DNA of 64,000 nt from an uncultured archaeon (GTDB lineage Archaea > Asgardarchaeota > Lokiarchaeia > Sigyniarchaeales > SOKP01): the NCBI GenBank assembly GCA_964486045.1, contig CAZALK010000001.1, positions 488,242-552,241 of the forward strand. Reading direction: 5' to 3'. Shown in pieces: positions 28,745 to 39,529 of the stretch (position 1 is the first letter of the stretch; every line of letters begins with the position of its first letter). The position numbers and the translations under genes are program-made. Below the pieces are notes generated by a model. It was not told the origin of the DNA, did no database searches, and was given only the letters and a program-made list of their open reading frames with translations.

Positions 28745-29427
28745 GGATTAAAGCTCCAATTTTCAAGGTTTTCTGATAAAGTCTTAAGAAATTGCTCAGT
28801 TGAAGCCTTATGACTATCTCTCAGCATCAAAAAGAACTTAGCTAAATGCTTGCAGAATTGTTTATTTTTACTTCTTCTTTCTTCAAAATCATGACAGTTA
28901 TGTTTTATAAATTTTTTGTTTACATCCATTTCAATTACATAAGGGTCTTCTTTCGATCCGGAAACTGTTGCCTTAATAAATCCTTTGTCAAAATCGAGTT
29001 CTTTTATATTAAAAGCCTTGTTCGTAATTCTTGCAGCTCTATTTAAGGTTTCTTTTTCTACAAGAGATTTAAGATGTCCACCAAAATTTGTGGATTTCCC
29101 CTTCTCAATAGTTGCTTTTAATTGAAAAATCTTCTTTATTGAATTAACGTTCTGTCTAATCTCATTTTTTCTGGTTTTTTGCCAATCTTCTAATTCTGTA
29201 TCTAAGGATTTTGATAAGATTAGATCTCTTTTTCCAGTTACAAATAGTAGTTTATCGTCTATACATGAATTTATAAACTCAAATGCTTTATTCGGAGGTA
29301 GTAAAAAGAGATCGTAGGATATTTTGAATAAAAGGTTTTTTAATGAAATTATAGGTAAATCAATTATTTTCCAAATGTACAACAATAATAATTTTGGTTC
29401 ATTTATTGGAGGATCTGCAAAATTCAT
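28741..29427 (-). CDS. SWIM zinc-finger protein
   Basis: ATVSGS...Y; HNCHDF...FCKHL SWIM motif. Confidence 0.75.
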   Translation of the reverse strand: MNFADPPINEPKLLLLYIWKIIDLPIISLKNLLFKISYDLFLLPPNKAFEFINSCIDDKLLFVTGKRDLILSKSLDTELEDWQKTRKNEIRQNVNSIKKIFQLKATIEKGKSTNFGGHLKSLVEKETLNRAARITNKAFNIKELDFDKGFIKATVSGSKEDPYVIEMDVNKKFIKHNCHDFEERRSKNKQFCKHLAKFFLMLRDSHKASTEQFLKTLSENLENWSFNP

Positions 29428-29466
29428 GGATTATTGTCGTTTCTTATATTTGATTAAATAGAATTA

Positions 29467-31266
29467 TTAAACACTACTTTTTAAGTCTAGCTGTGTTCCT
29501 TTTAACGTATCCAAATCAACTATAGACAAAACTCCTGGCGTAGGATGGATTCCTAATGATTTCATAAAATCTGTTTGGCTTTGAAAACAACCCGAGTTAA
29601 CTAATAGAATCCTATTGTATGATCCCATACCATTAATATGAATATGTCCTGTGTGAAAAATATCCGGAATTTTATCAATTGTCAGCCAATCTTTACTAAT
29701 TGGGGCAATTTGGGTCTTTTTTCCAAAAATCGGGGCTAAATGACGACATTTTAAAATCTCTTTCATGGTTTCAACAGGTTTATCATTGTTTAAACCGGGG
29801 ATCAACATATTAAAATCGAGCATACTATCACCATGAAAAACCAATGTATTTACTCCATGAGTTTGAACTAATGCTGGATTGCCGATACATGTTATGTCCA
29901 TGTTTATTAGTTCCCCTGAATATTTTTTTGGTACAGCTGGTCGAGGTAATGCATTTCTTACAGGTTCATGATTTCCGGAACTATAAATAATTTTTATATA
30001 TTCAGGGATTTCTGAAAGCAATTCTGTTGCTCTACTAAACTGTTTATAAATATTGGAAATATCAAGGTCGCTTTTTTGTGTAGGATAAATTCCAATACCA
30101 TCAACTAAGTCACCATTGATTATAATATATTTAATTTTTCCGGCACGCTCTTTTTGTGCTTTATTCCCAATTCTTCCATTTAAAAGATCAATAAATCTAT
30201 TCCATAATTTTGATTCAAATTCTCTACTACCTATATGAATATCTGAGATGAGTGCAAGAGATAATGGTTCATGAGATTTATTTGGTTCAAAATCTCTTTG
30301 CACATCAATTTTTGTTATATAATTTCCATAAATTATACTATTTTTACGCTTATCTCCTGGATTATATGTGCCTTTGACGAATACCATCTGATCGCTAAGA
30401 ATTCTCTCAGCAATTTTTATATTTAAATTATCTTGATTTTCAGAGCCGTTTCTGATGATTACATTAATTAATCCAGTAAGATCTTCTATTGTTATAAAAT
30501 AGTTTCCGTTTTTAGTTTTTCGAATAATAGTTACAAGTCCTATAACGGAGACCTCTACTTTGCTTGATAACCTTAAAATATTGATAATGTTGTCTGCCGT
30601 TTGAACTTCTATTCTTTTTCTCATTAACTTGCGGAGTCTATTAAATTTATTAAATGTTAAATCATAAAATTCTTTATAATCTCCATTTGTGAACAATTTT
30701 CCAGTAGGATCTTTTAAAATCTCTATTAAAATATCATACTCTTTTGCAATTGGAGTGAAGGCAGTAGTTGATTTAGGATTTTCTATTGATTTAATGTCTA
30801 TCTCCTTTTTTTCTTCTAAATTATGAAATATATCATTATTTTCTATTTTAGAGAGGGGAAATGTTGAAAAACTTTCTTTAATTTTTTCATTGGGATAAAT
30901 TTTTTTATCACTGTTAATATTCAAATCAATTTCGTTAGTGGTAGAATCTACCGATGTCGTTGTTTGATGTATTACACTTTTATCATTTTTTCCCATTTCC
31001 TCTTCTGTAGAATAAGATTCTTGATTAATTAGTTTTCTTTTTAATACTCTCTTGATTTCTTCATTTGAGATTTTAGCTAAAATATTTTCAGTTAAGTGAC
31101 TCTTAAAGCTAGCAATAAAGCTTGAATCTTTTATTATTATGTTTGTCTTCTTAAGAGGATCATCCAAATTTAATATAAATTCTAGAAGAGAAGGTGTGAT
31201 ATTTATCCCTGAATTTACTAGTTTTCTTAAGATGATTTTTTTGTCCTTATTATTCTTAACGTTCAA
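29467..31266 (-). CDS. polB: DNA polymerase D small (proofreading) subunit DP1
   Basis: OB fold (IEDLTG), SDIHIGS, GDLVDG, GNHE, FHG, HLAP, TGHIH. Confidence 0.95.
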   Translation of the reverse strand: MNVKNNKDKKIILRKLVNSGINITPSLLEFILNLDDPLKKTNIIIKDSSFIASFKSHLTENILAKISNEEIKRVLKRKLINQESYSTEEEMGKNDKSVIHQTTTSVDSTTNEIDLNINSDKKIYPNEKIKESFSTFPLSKIENNDIFHNLEEKKEIDIKSIENPKSTTAFTPIAKEYDILIEILKDPTGKLFTNGDYKEFYDLTFNKFNRLRKLMRKRIEVQTADNIINILRLSSKVEVSVIGLVTIIRKTKNGNYFITIEDLTGLINVIIRNGSENQDNLNIKIAERILSDQMVFVKGTYNPGDKRKNSIIYGNYITKIDVQRDFEPNKSHEPLSLALISDIHIGSREFESKLWNRFIDLLNGRIGNKAQKERAGKIKYIIINGDLVDGIGIYPTQKSDLDISNIYKQFSRATELLSEIPEYIKIIYSSGNHEPVRNALPRPAVPKKYSGELINMDITCIGNPALVQTHGVNTLVFHGDSMLDFNMLIPGLNNDKPVETMKEILKCRHLAPIFGKKTQIAPISKDWLTIDKIPDIFHTGHIHINGMGSYNRILLVNSGCFQSQTDFMKSLGIHPTPGVLSIVDLDTLKGTQLDLKSSV

Positions 31267-31507
31267 GATTTTCCATTTAAATATTGATTGATTTCTATTA
31301 GGAAAAATGAAATTTAATTATTTATTATTAATGAAAAAATATTTTTACCTTTTATATCACGAGAGAGTAATAAATTAGCATTCTCTTTGCACTTATTAAT
31401 GAAATAGCAGATTAATAATTGAATTTAATTTATGGTATGATATACCTATAATGACTTATGCAAAATTTATTATATAACCCCAAAAATATTTTCTATTAAA
31501 ATTTATC

Positions 31508-34500
31508 ATGGTAAAGACTACTAAAGAAATGGGAGAGTATTTTACTAAAATTCAAAGTCAAGTAGATCAATGTTACAACATAGCTGAAGAAGCAAGGAGC
31601 AAGGGCCTTGATCCTGAAATTTATGTAGAATGTCCTCAGGCAAAAGATCTTGCTGGAAGAGTCGAAAAGCTAGTGGGTCCCGAAGGAATAGCAAAAGTAA
31701 TAAGAGAGTTAAAGAAAAACGGATTAAATGATGATGAGATCGTATTTCAAGTAGTGACTGATATATTAGATAAAAAAATAGGTAATATAGAAACCTTAGA
31801 AGAACAAGTAGAAAGAGCTATAAGAGCAGGATTAGCGATAAAAACAATGGGAGTGGTTAGCGCCCCCCTTGAGGGAATTTCCAGGATATTAATCCGAAAA
31901 GATCAGATGGGAAAAAGTTATATTTCACTATACTTTGCTGGCCCAATTAGAGCAGCAGGTGGAACTACAGCAGCCTTATGTGTGCTAATTGCTGATTATG
32001 TTAGAAAAAAATCAAATATCCCCAAATATGAGGCTACGGAGGCTGAAATTGGTAGATATGTTGAAGAAGTGAAACTCTATGACAGAAATGTACATCTACA
32101 ATATCCTTCATCAAATCGTGAAATAAGGTATGCAGTTAAAAATTTACCTATTGAAATAAACGGTGATTCGACAGAAGTAGAAGAAGTATCTGCATTTCGA
32201 GACTTGCCAAGAATAGAGACTAATCGTATAAGAGGAGGGGCATGCCTTGTTTTAAACGATGGAATCTTATTAAAAGCTCCGAAATTATTTAAAATTGCTA
32301 AATCTATGAATTTGGAAGGTTGGGATTGGTTAGCTGATTTGAAAAAAATAGCGCAGAAAGAAGAATCTGAAAAAAGTCATTCACAAATTGGTAAGAATGA
32401 AAAAGTACAACAAAAACCAATTATCCCTAATTTTAAATATGTTGCTGATATTATAGGGGGTCGAGCTGTTTTTAGTCATCCTTCTGAAATTGGGGGACAT
32501 CGAATAAGATACGGACGATCTCGAAACACAGGGCTTGCAGCAGGAGGTATGCACCCTGCTACAATGGGAATCTTAGATGATTTTGTAGCTATCGGTACAC
32601 AACTTAGAATTGAAAGACCTGGAAAGAGTACAAGTATTTGTCCTGTAAGTAGTATAGAAACTCCGATTGTAAAATTAAGAAACGGAGACGTTATAAAAGT
32701 TTCAACATATAAGATGGCTAAAAAAGTGTTTAAGGATTTAGAAGAAATATTATTCTTAGGAGATATTCTTTTTGGGTTTGGAGAATTTGCTGAGAACAAT
32801 CATAAATTAATCCCCTCTGGATATGTGGAGGAGTGGTGGGTGTTAGAATTAAAAAATGCCGTAACAGATCAACTAATTAGTGATTCTAGGTTAAAAGAAT
32901 TAATAGAAAATCCATTTAATCTTAAACCTACAGCTAAAGAAGCAATAAGGATATCTAAGGATTTGAATATACCATTGCATCCAGCTTTTACTGATTTTTG
33001 GGGAAATATTACAACTAAGGAACTATATAAACTTCGAGATGCTTTTCTCGTGGGATTTTCAGATTTAGGAAATAAAATAGTTTTAGATAATGATCCCCCT
33101 ATTAAAAAAATTCTTGAGAAAGCCTTTATCACTCATAAAATCGTTGATGACAAAATTTATTTCAACGAAGCTATGAATTTTGTGTATACAGAAATTTTTG
33201 GACTTAATAATAAAAAGAAAATAAAACCTACAAGTCATGATAACGTCTTTTCGTATTTTACTAAAATTTCTTCATTAAGAGTTAAGAATAAAGCTCCATA
33301 TTTCATTGGGTCTAGAATGGGGAGGCCAGAAAAATCAGAGAGGAAAAGTATGAAGGGAGTTCATACCTTATTCCCCTTAAGTAATAAGGTAGGGCGTTCC
33401 CGATCAGTTGAAAAGGCAATAGAACTTCAGAGAGTAAAAATTGATGTGTGTCGGAAAAAATGTCCAAAATGTGGAACAACGAGTATATTTAATAGATGTC
33501 CTGAATGTTTTACCCATACTGAACTTGGTTCAATATGTGAGAAATGCAAAAGAATCTATCCTCCTAGCGGTTCAAGTGATGTTAGAAAGTGTCCTCAGTG
33601 TAATGAAAGATTAAAGTCATCTAGTGAGGCAATTTTTAATATAAAGAATTATGTGAATTCAATTTTAGGTTCATTTCAAATGTCAATCCCTAAACAATTA
33701 AAGGGAATTTATGGTTTAACAAATCAGTTTAAAGTTCCTGAACCGCTAGAAAAAGGGATCTTGAGGGCTAAAAACAAAGTATTAGTTTATAAAACTGCTG
33801 AAATAAGATATGATGCCACAGATATTCCGTTATCACATTTTAAACCAAAAGAAATAGGGATATCCATTTTAAAATTAAAAGAGCTGGGATATTCCAATGA
33901 TTATAAAGGAAATCCTATACGTGATTTAGAACAAATTATAGAATTAAGAGTTCAAGATGTAATTCTTTCAGATGATTGTGCTAAATATTTTATCAAAGTA
34001 GCAAATTTTCTAGATGAGGAACTAGAAAGATTCTATAACATGGATAGTTTTTATAATATTACTAATATTAATGACCTAATTGGGCATTTGGTTGTTGGGA
34101 TAGCACCTCACACTAGTGCTGGCATAATTGGAAGGATTATTGGATTCAGTCCTGCAAGAGCGATTTATGCACACCCCTTCTGGCATGCTGCGAAGCGAAG
34201 AAATTGCGATGGAGATGAGGATGGGATTATGTTATTGTTGGATCCTCTCTTAAATTTTTCAAGACATTATTTGCCTAATAAAATAGGGGGAAGAATGGAT
34301 GCAACCTTAGTTATTTCTTCCATTTTAGATCCAAATGAGGTGGATGTTGAAGCTCATAATGTAGATATTTTGTATAGTTATCCATTAGAATTTTATGAAG
34401 CCACTGAAACTTATTCAATGCCTTCTGCACTTGGAAAAGTAATGAAATTAGTAAAACATCGGCTTGGAACCCCCTATCAATATGAAAATCTCGGTTTTAA

Positions 34501-34963
34501 TATTCCCACAGATAATATTAATGAAGGTCCAAAAACTACTGCATATAAATTATACGAATCTATGGATGACAAATTAGGAGCTCAGTTACATCTGGCTAAC
34601 TTAATTAGGGCAGTTAATGCTAGAAATGTGGCAGAAAAAATACTTTCGACACATTTTAACCCAGATATTTTAGGTAATTTAAGAAAATTCAGTATGCAGG
34701 AATTTAGATGCGTTAAATGTAATGCAAAATATAGAAGACCACCGATTTCGAATGCAGGAAAATGTCCTGCATGTGGGGGTAAAATAATATTAACTGTTAA
34801 TCCTGGGGGGATATCAAAATATATTCCTAGGGCTTTGAAACTTTGCAAGGAGTTTAATTTAGATGAATATACTATCCAAAGAATGGAACTAATCGAGGAA
34901 TATGTTGAGAGCTTAACTAATAATCCAAAGATCAAACAGCATCAGTTAGCTGATTTTTTCTAA
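31508..34963 (+). CDS. polC: DNA polymerase D large subunit DP2
   Basis: YFAGPIRAAGGT, RYGRSRNTG, HAAKRRNCDGDED, C-terminal Zn finger, PIP-like QLADFF. Confidence 0.97.
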   Translation: MVKTTKEMGEYFTKIQSQVDQCYNIAEEARSKGLDPEIYVECPQAKDLAGRVEKLVGPEGIAKVIRELKKNGLNDDEIVFQVVTDILDKKIGNIETLEEQVERAIRAGLAIKTMGVVSAPLEGISRILIRKDQMGKSYISLYFAGPIRAAGGTTAALCVLIADYVRKKSNIPKYEATEAEIGRYVEEVKLYDRNVHLQYPSSNREIRYAVKNLPIEINGDSTEVEEVSAFRDLPRIETNRIRGGACLVLNDGILLKAPKLFKIAKSMNLEGWDWLADLKKIAQKEESEKSHSQIGKNEKVQQKPIIPNFKYVADIIGGRAVFSHPSEIGGHRIRYGRSRNTGLAAGGMHPATMGILDDFVAIGTQLRIERPGKSTSICPVSSIETPIVKLRNGDVIKVSTYKMAKKVFKDLEEILFLGDILFGFGEFAENNHKLIPSGYVEEWWVLELKNAVTDQLISDSRLKELIENPFNLKPTAKEAIRISKDLNIPLHPAFTDFWGNITTKELYKLRDAFLVGFSDLGNKIVLDNDPPIKKILEKAFITHKIVDDKIYFNEAMNFVYTEIFGLNNKKKIKPTSHDNVFSYFTKISSLRVKNKAPYFIGSRMGRPEKSERKSMKGVHTLFPLSNKVGRSRSVEKAIELQRVKIDVCRKKCPKCGTTSIFNRCPECFTHTELGSICEKCKRIYPPSGSSDVRKCPQCNERLKSSSEAIFNIKNYVNSILGSFQMSIPKQLKGIYGLTNQFKVPEPLEKGILRAKNKVLVYKTAEIRYDATDIPLSHFKPKEIGISILKLKELGYSNDYKGNPIRDLEQIIELRVQDVILSDDCAKYFIKVANFLDEELERFYNMDSFYNITNINDLIGHLVVGIAPHTSAGIIGRIIGFSPARAIYAHPFWHAAKRRNCDGDEDGIMLLLDPLLNFSRHYLPNKIGGRMDATLVISSILDPNEVDVEAHNVDILYSYPLEFYEATETYSMPSALGKVMKLVKHRLGTPYQYENLGFNIPTDNINEGPKTTAYKLYESMDDKLGAQLHLANLIRAVNARNVAEKILSTHFNPDILGNLRKFSMQEFRCVKCNAKYRRPPISNAGKCPACGGKIILTVNPGGISKYIPRALKLCKEFNLDEYTIQRMELIEEYVESLTNNPKIKQHQLADFF

Positions 34964-36163
34964 TTATTCAACTCTTGAGTCAATAGATCTAAGTGCTTGA
35001 TAACAAATTGCTAAGCATCCATTTAGATTTTCAGATGTATATTTATCAGGTGTATCTCTTAATGAATGAATATATTTCGAATCTTTACCTGAATGAAAAA
35101 GGACCACTTGAAATTTTTTTCTTGCTCTCCTGGCGCATCTTCTAAAAATAGTATGATCGCTTTTTGGTTCAACTACTTTATTGTACCTAGTTATTGGGAT
35201 GTTTAATGAGTTTGCGGTTGCTTCTAAAATATTATTTAAATCATTATTTAATCTTCTTCTTAAGGGCAATCCAACTTTATCTAAAAGTCCAATATAAGTT
35301 CTTACCATATCAATATTAATGTTGAAAGACTTATTGAGATCGTACTCCTCATTCAAACGGATAAAATGGTCAGAACAGAATTTTTTTGAGCCTTTTAACC
35401 CCCATTCCTCAGCACCAGTCCAAATAAAGTATAAATCGATTTTATCTAGTGGATTCTTTTTAAATAATTTAGCTAATTCAATCAATATCGCAACGCCGCT
35501 TGCATTATCAATTGAACTCGATGATGATTTTTCATTAAAAACGAGATACAGTATTGGAATTGATGTTACTACCCCGATTAAGGATAAAATAGATATAATT
35601 ATGACGATATTATTAGGGAGTGAATCCACATTAAATAAATCTAGTGTTAGCCATATGGAAAGAACGAAAATAATACAAATGTAAAAACCGATGATTAATC
35701 TATATATCTGAAACATTAAAACTTGAATACGAAACGATATGTTTGCTGAAATAGAATCATAATGTACTGAGAAGATAACCACAGGTCTTTTATCACCTCT
35801 TTCCATTGAGGGTATTTTTGCAAAAATATTCTTAGAAGATTCTTTTTTTATTAAGGTCATCTGTCGCGTCCTTTCAAAAGAAAGTTTTAAAACTACATAG
35901 AGTATCAAAATTAAAAATAGACGTGAAAGAAGCAAGTAAGTCACAACTATTAAATAACTTACTCTCATAAGTATTCTAGTTGGACCAGTCCAATGGAAAT
36001 ACTCATACTGAGAATCCAGATTCACCGAATTCAATTCTTTTTCTATATAATCAATAGCTTTTGTTTCTCCTATAGTTGATGCGGCTCTGTTAAAGGCTAA
36101 TGATTCGACATGCTTTTTTGTTGAGAGCTCCTTTTCTAATAACAAACTTGTAATAGAAATCAC
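34964..36163 (-). CDS. Membrane-bound M28 family metallopeptidase
   Basis: HYDS, DNASG, GAEEWG, NIDM, SDH, IHS..D; transmembrane inserts. Confidence 0.85.
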   Translation of the reverse strand: MISITSLLLEKELSTKKHVESLAFNRAASTIGETKAIDYIEKELNSVNLDSQYEYFHWTGPTRILMRVSYLIVVTYLLLSRLFLILILYVVLKLSFERTRQMTLIKKESSKNIFAKIPSMERGDKRPVVIFSVHYDSISANISFRIQVLMFQIYRLIIGFYICIIFVLSIWLTLDLFNVDSLPNNIVIIISILSLIGVVTSIPILYLVFNEKSSSSSIDNASGVAILIELAKLFKKNPLDKIDLYFIWTGAEEWGLKGSKKFCSDHFIRLNEEYDLNKSFNINIDMVRTYIGLLDKVGLPLRRRLNNDLNNILEATANSLNIPITRYNKVVEPKSDHTIFRRCARRARKKFQVVLFHSGKDSKYIHSLRDTPDKYTSENLNGCLAICYQALRSIDSRVE

Positions 36164-36266
36164 ATTACGTTTTAATAAATTAATTTTTTGTATTTAATGA
36201 TCATTATTAAATCCGATTAATCTTGAGCATTATGTTACGCAATATGTTAACAATTATTTCTAGGCA

Positions 36267-36381
36267 TGCAGGAGGTGGGATTCGAACCCACGAAGACCTA
36301 CGTCACTAGAGCCTCGGTAACGCCATAATCGCATATCTACGAAATATTCTAGCGCCTTAGACCAGGCTTGGCAACTCCTGC
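36267..36381 (-). tRNA. tRNA-Leu (GAG) with 30-nt intron at 30/31 (36319-36348)
   Basis: GCAGGAG acceptor stem, long variable arm, GTTCGAATC T loop. BHB helix CGCU/GGCG gives a mature arm CTAGA-CCGAGGC-TCTAG. Confidence 0.85.
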
Positions 36382-36731
36382 GAAATTAAATGATTTTTTA
36401 AATTAGGTCAATTATCTAGAGATATTGAATGAAGATATTGTAATTAATTTTAACAATTTTTTTCCTCTAATATCATTGATCGATTTTATTGATTATGAAA
36501 CCAATTAGAATATAAACCTATGAAGTTGGGGGAGGAAAAGACAATTTTATTTCGAATTATATTATTATGCATCAAAATTTCATTTCCTTTTAAGTGAAGG
36601 CTGTAATAATATAATTTTTTAAAAGTGTTTTGGTTTTCTATAAATTTTTAAGATAAACTTGTTATATTAAATAATAAATTTTAATCATTTAATGATATTC
36701 TTAAAAACAACATACAAAGGTTATAAAATAC

Positions 36732-37745
36732 ATGTCTGTTGATCGAAATAAACTCGAAGCAATGTTGAAATGGTATAGGCAAGATGTTGGAAAACACTTA
36801 ATTGCGGCTATTATCGTAAACAGAGAAGGTTTGGTAATGTCCGCAGTAAAAGGAGAATCTAAGGCAGAAATAGAGGAGGATGTAATAGCAGGTGTTAGTG
36901 CCTTAGTAGAACCCGTTCTAACCAGAATCACCGAAGAGTTTAGTTCTGGCGCTTTTGGAACGGGAACTTTCGACACAGAAGAACATCGAATTATTTTTTG
37001 TGAAGCTGGCCCTGAGGCAATTTTTGTCACTGTCTTAGATTCTATTGCCATGGTTGACCCCATTTTTCCATATGCATACTTAGCTGCTGAGAAAATTGCA
37101 CGAATTTTTGATGGTAGAACTGTAAGCCCAGTTATACCAAAATTCTTTCACGATCTAAGCACTCAAAACATTGAAAGGAAAGTAGATAAGCTTCAAAAGA
37201 TTAAGATTGAATCGGGAGAATACGCGTACAAGTTAATATTGGGAGGAGAGGGGGGTGTAGGTAAAACCAGTATGGTTCATCGATTTGTTGAAAACTCTTT
37301 TCTAACTGATTATAAATCTACAATTGGCACTTCAATTATGAAGAAAGAATGTGAATTTGAGGGATTAGAATCAAAAGTGCGTTTTGTTATGTGGGATTTG
37401 GCAGGTCAAGCTCAATTTAAGCGTGTAAGACAATCGTATATATCAAAAGCGGAAGCAGGAGTTCTAGTTTATGATGTTACTCGTAAGGAGACTTTCGATA
37501 GTGTAGAAAGTTGGCATAAGGAGATTACGGGTGTTTCACCAACGATTTCTTTAGTTTTAGTTGGAAACAAAATAGATTTAACTGAAGATCGAGTCGTATC
37601 TACTGAAGAGGGAGAAGAAATTTCAAAAAAGCTCAATCTTTCCTATATAGAAACTTCTGCTAAAACAGGTGAGAATATTAATGATGCCTTTAAAATGCTT
37701 GCATTACAGATGATAAAGAAATATATCGTCACTGAGGAAGTGTGA
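36732..37745 (+). CDS. Roadblock/LC7 domain fused to a Rab-like small GTPase
   Basis: AAIIVNREGLVMS roadblock N-terminus; GEGGVGKT, STIG, WDLAGQ, GNKID, ETSAK. Confidence 0.9.
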   Translation: MSVDRNKLEAMLKWYRQDVGKHLIAAIIVNREGLVMSAVKGESKAEIEEDVIAGVSALVEPVLTRITEEFSSGAFGTGTFDTEEHRIIFCEAGPEAIFVTVLDSIAMVDPIFPYAYLAAEKIARIFDGRTVSPVIPKFFHDLSTQNIERKVDKLQKIKIESGEYAYKLILGGEGGVGKTSMVHRFVENSFLTDYKSTIGTSIMKKECEFEGLESKVRFVMWDLAGQAQFKRVRQSYISKAEAGVLVYDVTRKETFDSVESWHKEITGVSPTISLVLVGNKIDLTEDRVVSTEEGEEISKKLNLSYIETSAKTGENINDAFKMLALQMIKKYIVTEEV

Positions 37746-37749
37746 TTAA

Positions 37750-37850
37750 AGCCTCTGGGGGGAATTGAACCCCCGGCCTACAGATTACGAATCTTTAACA
37801 TTTACGTCAAAATGATATTAAATGTTGCTCTACCGCTAAGCCACAGAGGC
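37750..37850 (-). tRNA. tRNA-Thr (CGT) with 29-nt intron at 28/29 (37795-37823)
   Basis: GCCTCTG/CAGAGGC acceptor stem; BHB helix AGCA/UGUU; mature arm ACAGA-TTCGTAA-TCTGT. Confidence 0.9.
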
Positions 37851-38158
37851 ATGAAAATATTATAACTTAAAATCAATATATTGAAGGATCCTACAAAAAA
37901 AAGTTTTTGTCTTCATCATATTATTTAGATTTAAATCTATTCTACATACTAATTTCTATCTAAAAATGGAAGAAGAGAAATTTGTGTCAATGCAATTTTT
38001 TTTTAGCTTTGGTATTTTAAGGGCTATATCTATATTTGTTCTATACTTATTACATTATCAAAGGATAAGTTTAGCGTTTCGAAAACAAGATAGGGATAAA
38101 TATTAGTGATTACTATATTTTAAACATAAATAAGTTATGAAATGATAAATTTAATCTA

Positions 38159-39178
38159 ATGAAGAACGATTCTAAGATAAGTAATATCGGAGAAATTAAT
38201 TTAATAAAAATTATTGAGGAATTTGTCTTCAAAAAAACTGGTAAAGCTTTACTGAGTGATGACTCCTTTTTTTTCAACCTTGATGAGGTTAAAAGGGGGA
38301 ATTTCTTAGTTTTGAACTCAGATATGCTTGTCTCAACTACTGATGTACCACCTAAAATGAGTTTTTATCAGATTGGGCAGAAATCAGTTGTTATGAATTT
38401 GAGTGATTTATTAGTCAAAGGTGTTAAACCGCGGGGATTAATTATATCTTTAGGGTTACCTAAGGATCTAAAGAAAGGAGAATTCATTGCTATAATAAAA
38501 GGAATTATTGACTCTTCATTAGAATTTGATATTGAATATATTGGGGGAGATATTAACGAAACAAAAGAACTTATTATAAATCCTACAGTGTTTGGTTCGA
38601 AATCATCTTCATGTATAATTTATCGTAGGGGAATCAACGTTGGTGATACTTTAGCTGCTAATGGAAAATTCGGTTTAACTGGTGTTGGTTTCGACATTCT
38701 CTTAAATAGAGGTGGGGGTTTTGAAGACTTTCCAAAGTACAAAAGATCTATTAAGAGCGTCTTGGAACCTAAAATTTCAGGGGTGGAAGCGCAAATATTA
38801 TCAGATAAGCAGTTAGCTACTTCGAGTATAGATTCTTCAGATGGTTTTTCAAAACTGTTATTTGATTTACTGAAATCGAATCCAAATTTAGGGTTTGAAA
38901 TCGACTTTAATGAAAATTTAATTGAATCTGAAGCAAGAACCTATTCTCAAGAATTTAATATTTCCTTGGAAGATCTTATATTTAACGGGGGTGAGGAATA
39001 TATTCATTTTTTTACAATACCAGCAAATAAGTTTTCTAAGGCTAAAAGAGTAGTTCAAACACATGGTGGAAGAATATTCAAAATTGGCAAGGTAACATCA
39101 GAAGAAGGTATATTTATCTTAAAAGAGAACATAAGAAGCGAATTAAAAAGTAATGGATATGAACATTTTAACAATTAG
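38159..39178 (+). CDS. thiL: Thiamine-monophosphate kinase
   Basis: GEINLI, DD, SDML, NLSDL..KG..P, IGGD, IDSSDG, GGEEY. Confidence 0.9.
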   Translation: MKNDSKISNIGEINLIKIIEEFVFKKTGKALLSDDSFFFNLDEVKRGNFLVLNSDMLVSTTDVPPKMSFYQIGQKSVVMNLSDLLVKGVKPRGLIISLGLPKDLKKGEFIAIIKGIIDSSLEFDIEYIGGDINETKELIINPTVFGSKSSSCIIYRRGINVGDTLAANGKFGLTGVGFDILLNRGGGFEDFPKYKRSIKSVLEPKISGVEAQILSDKQLATSSIDSSDGFSKLLFDLLKSNPNLGFEIDFNENLIESEARTYSQEFNISLEDLIFNGGEEYIHFFTIPANKFSKAKRVVQTHGGRIFKIGKVTSEEGIFILKENIRSELKSNGYEHFNN

Positions 39179-39307
39179 GTCAAAGTAATAATACAATGAT
39201 GGTAAATAATTCAAAAACAATAGAAGAGACACCTTATACAATAAAATTTTTATATAATAGTTGATTTATTGTAAGTACAATCTTTACCTATACTCTATTA
39301 TATGTAT

Positions 39308-39411
39308 GGGCTATTGGCGCAGGCAGGTAGCGCAACAGGCTTTTAACCTGAAATTTATGAGATTAACTCTCCTGAAAAGGAAGGTCGGGGGTTCGATTCC
39401 CCTATAGCCCG
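39308..39411 (+). tRNA. tRNA-Lys (TTT) with 30-nt intron at 44/45 (39353-39382)
   Basis: GGGCTAT/ATAGCCC acceptor stem, CTTTTAA anticodon loop; relaxed BHB CCUG/AAGG with inner UUUA/UGAA and GAG/CUC. Confidence 0.85.
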
Positions 39412-39529
39412 TAATTACTCAATGTCATTCAAAAAGATCAATCTAATTTCTAAATATTCTATTTTTAAGAAATATTTATGAAATTACAAAATTTATAATG
39501 CATAATAACTCTTCTTTCTGTTTTTTAGT

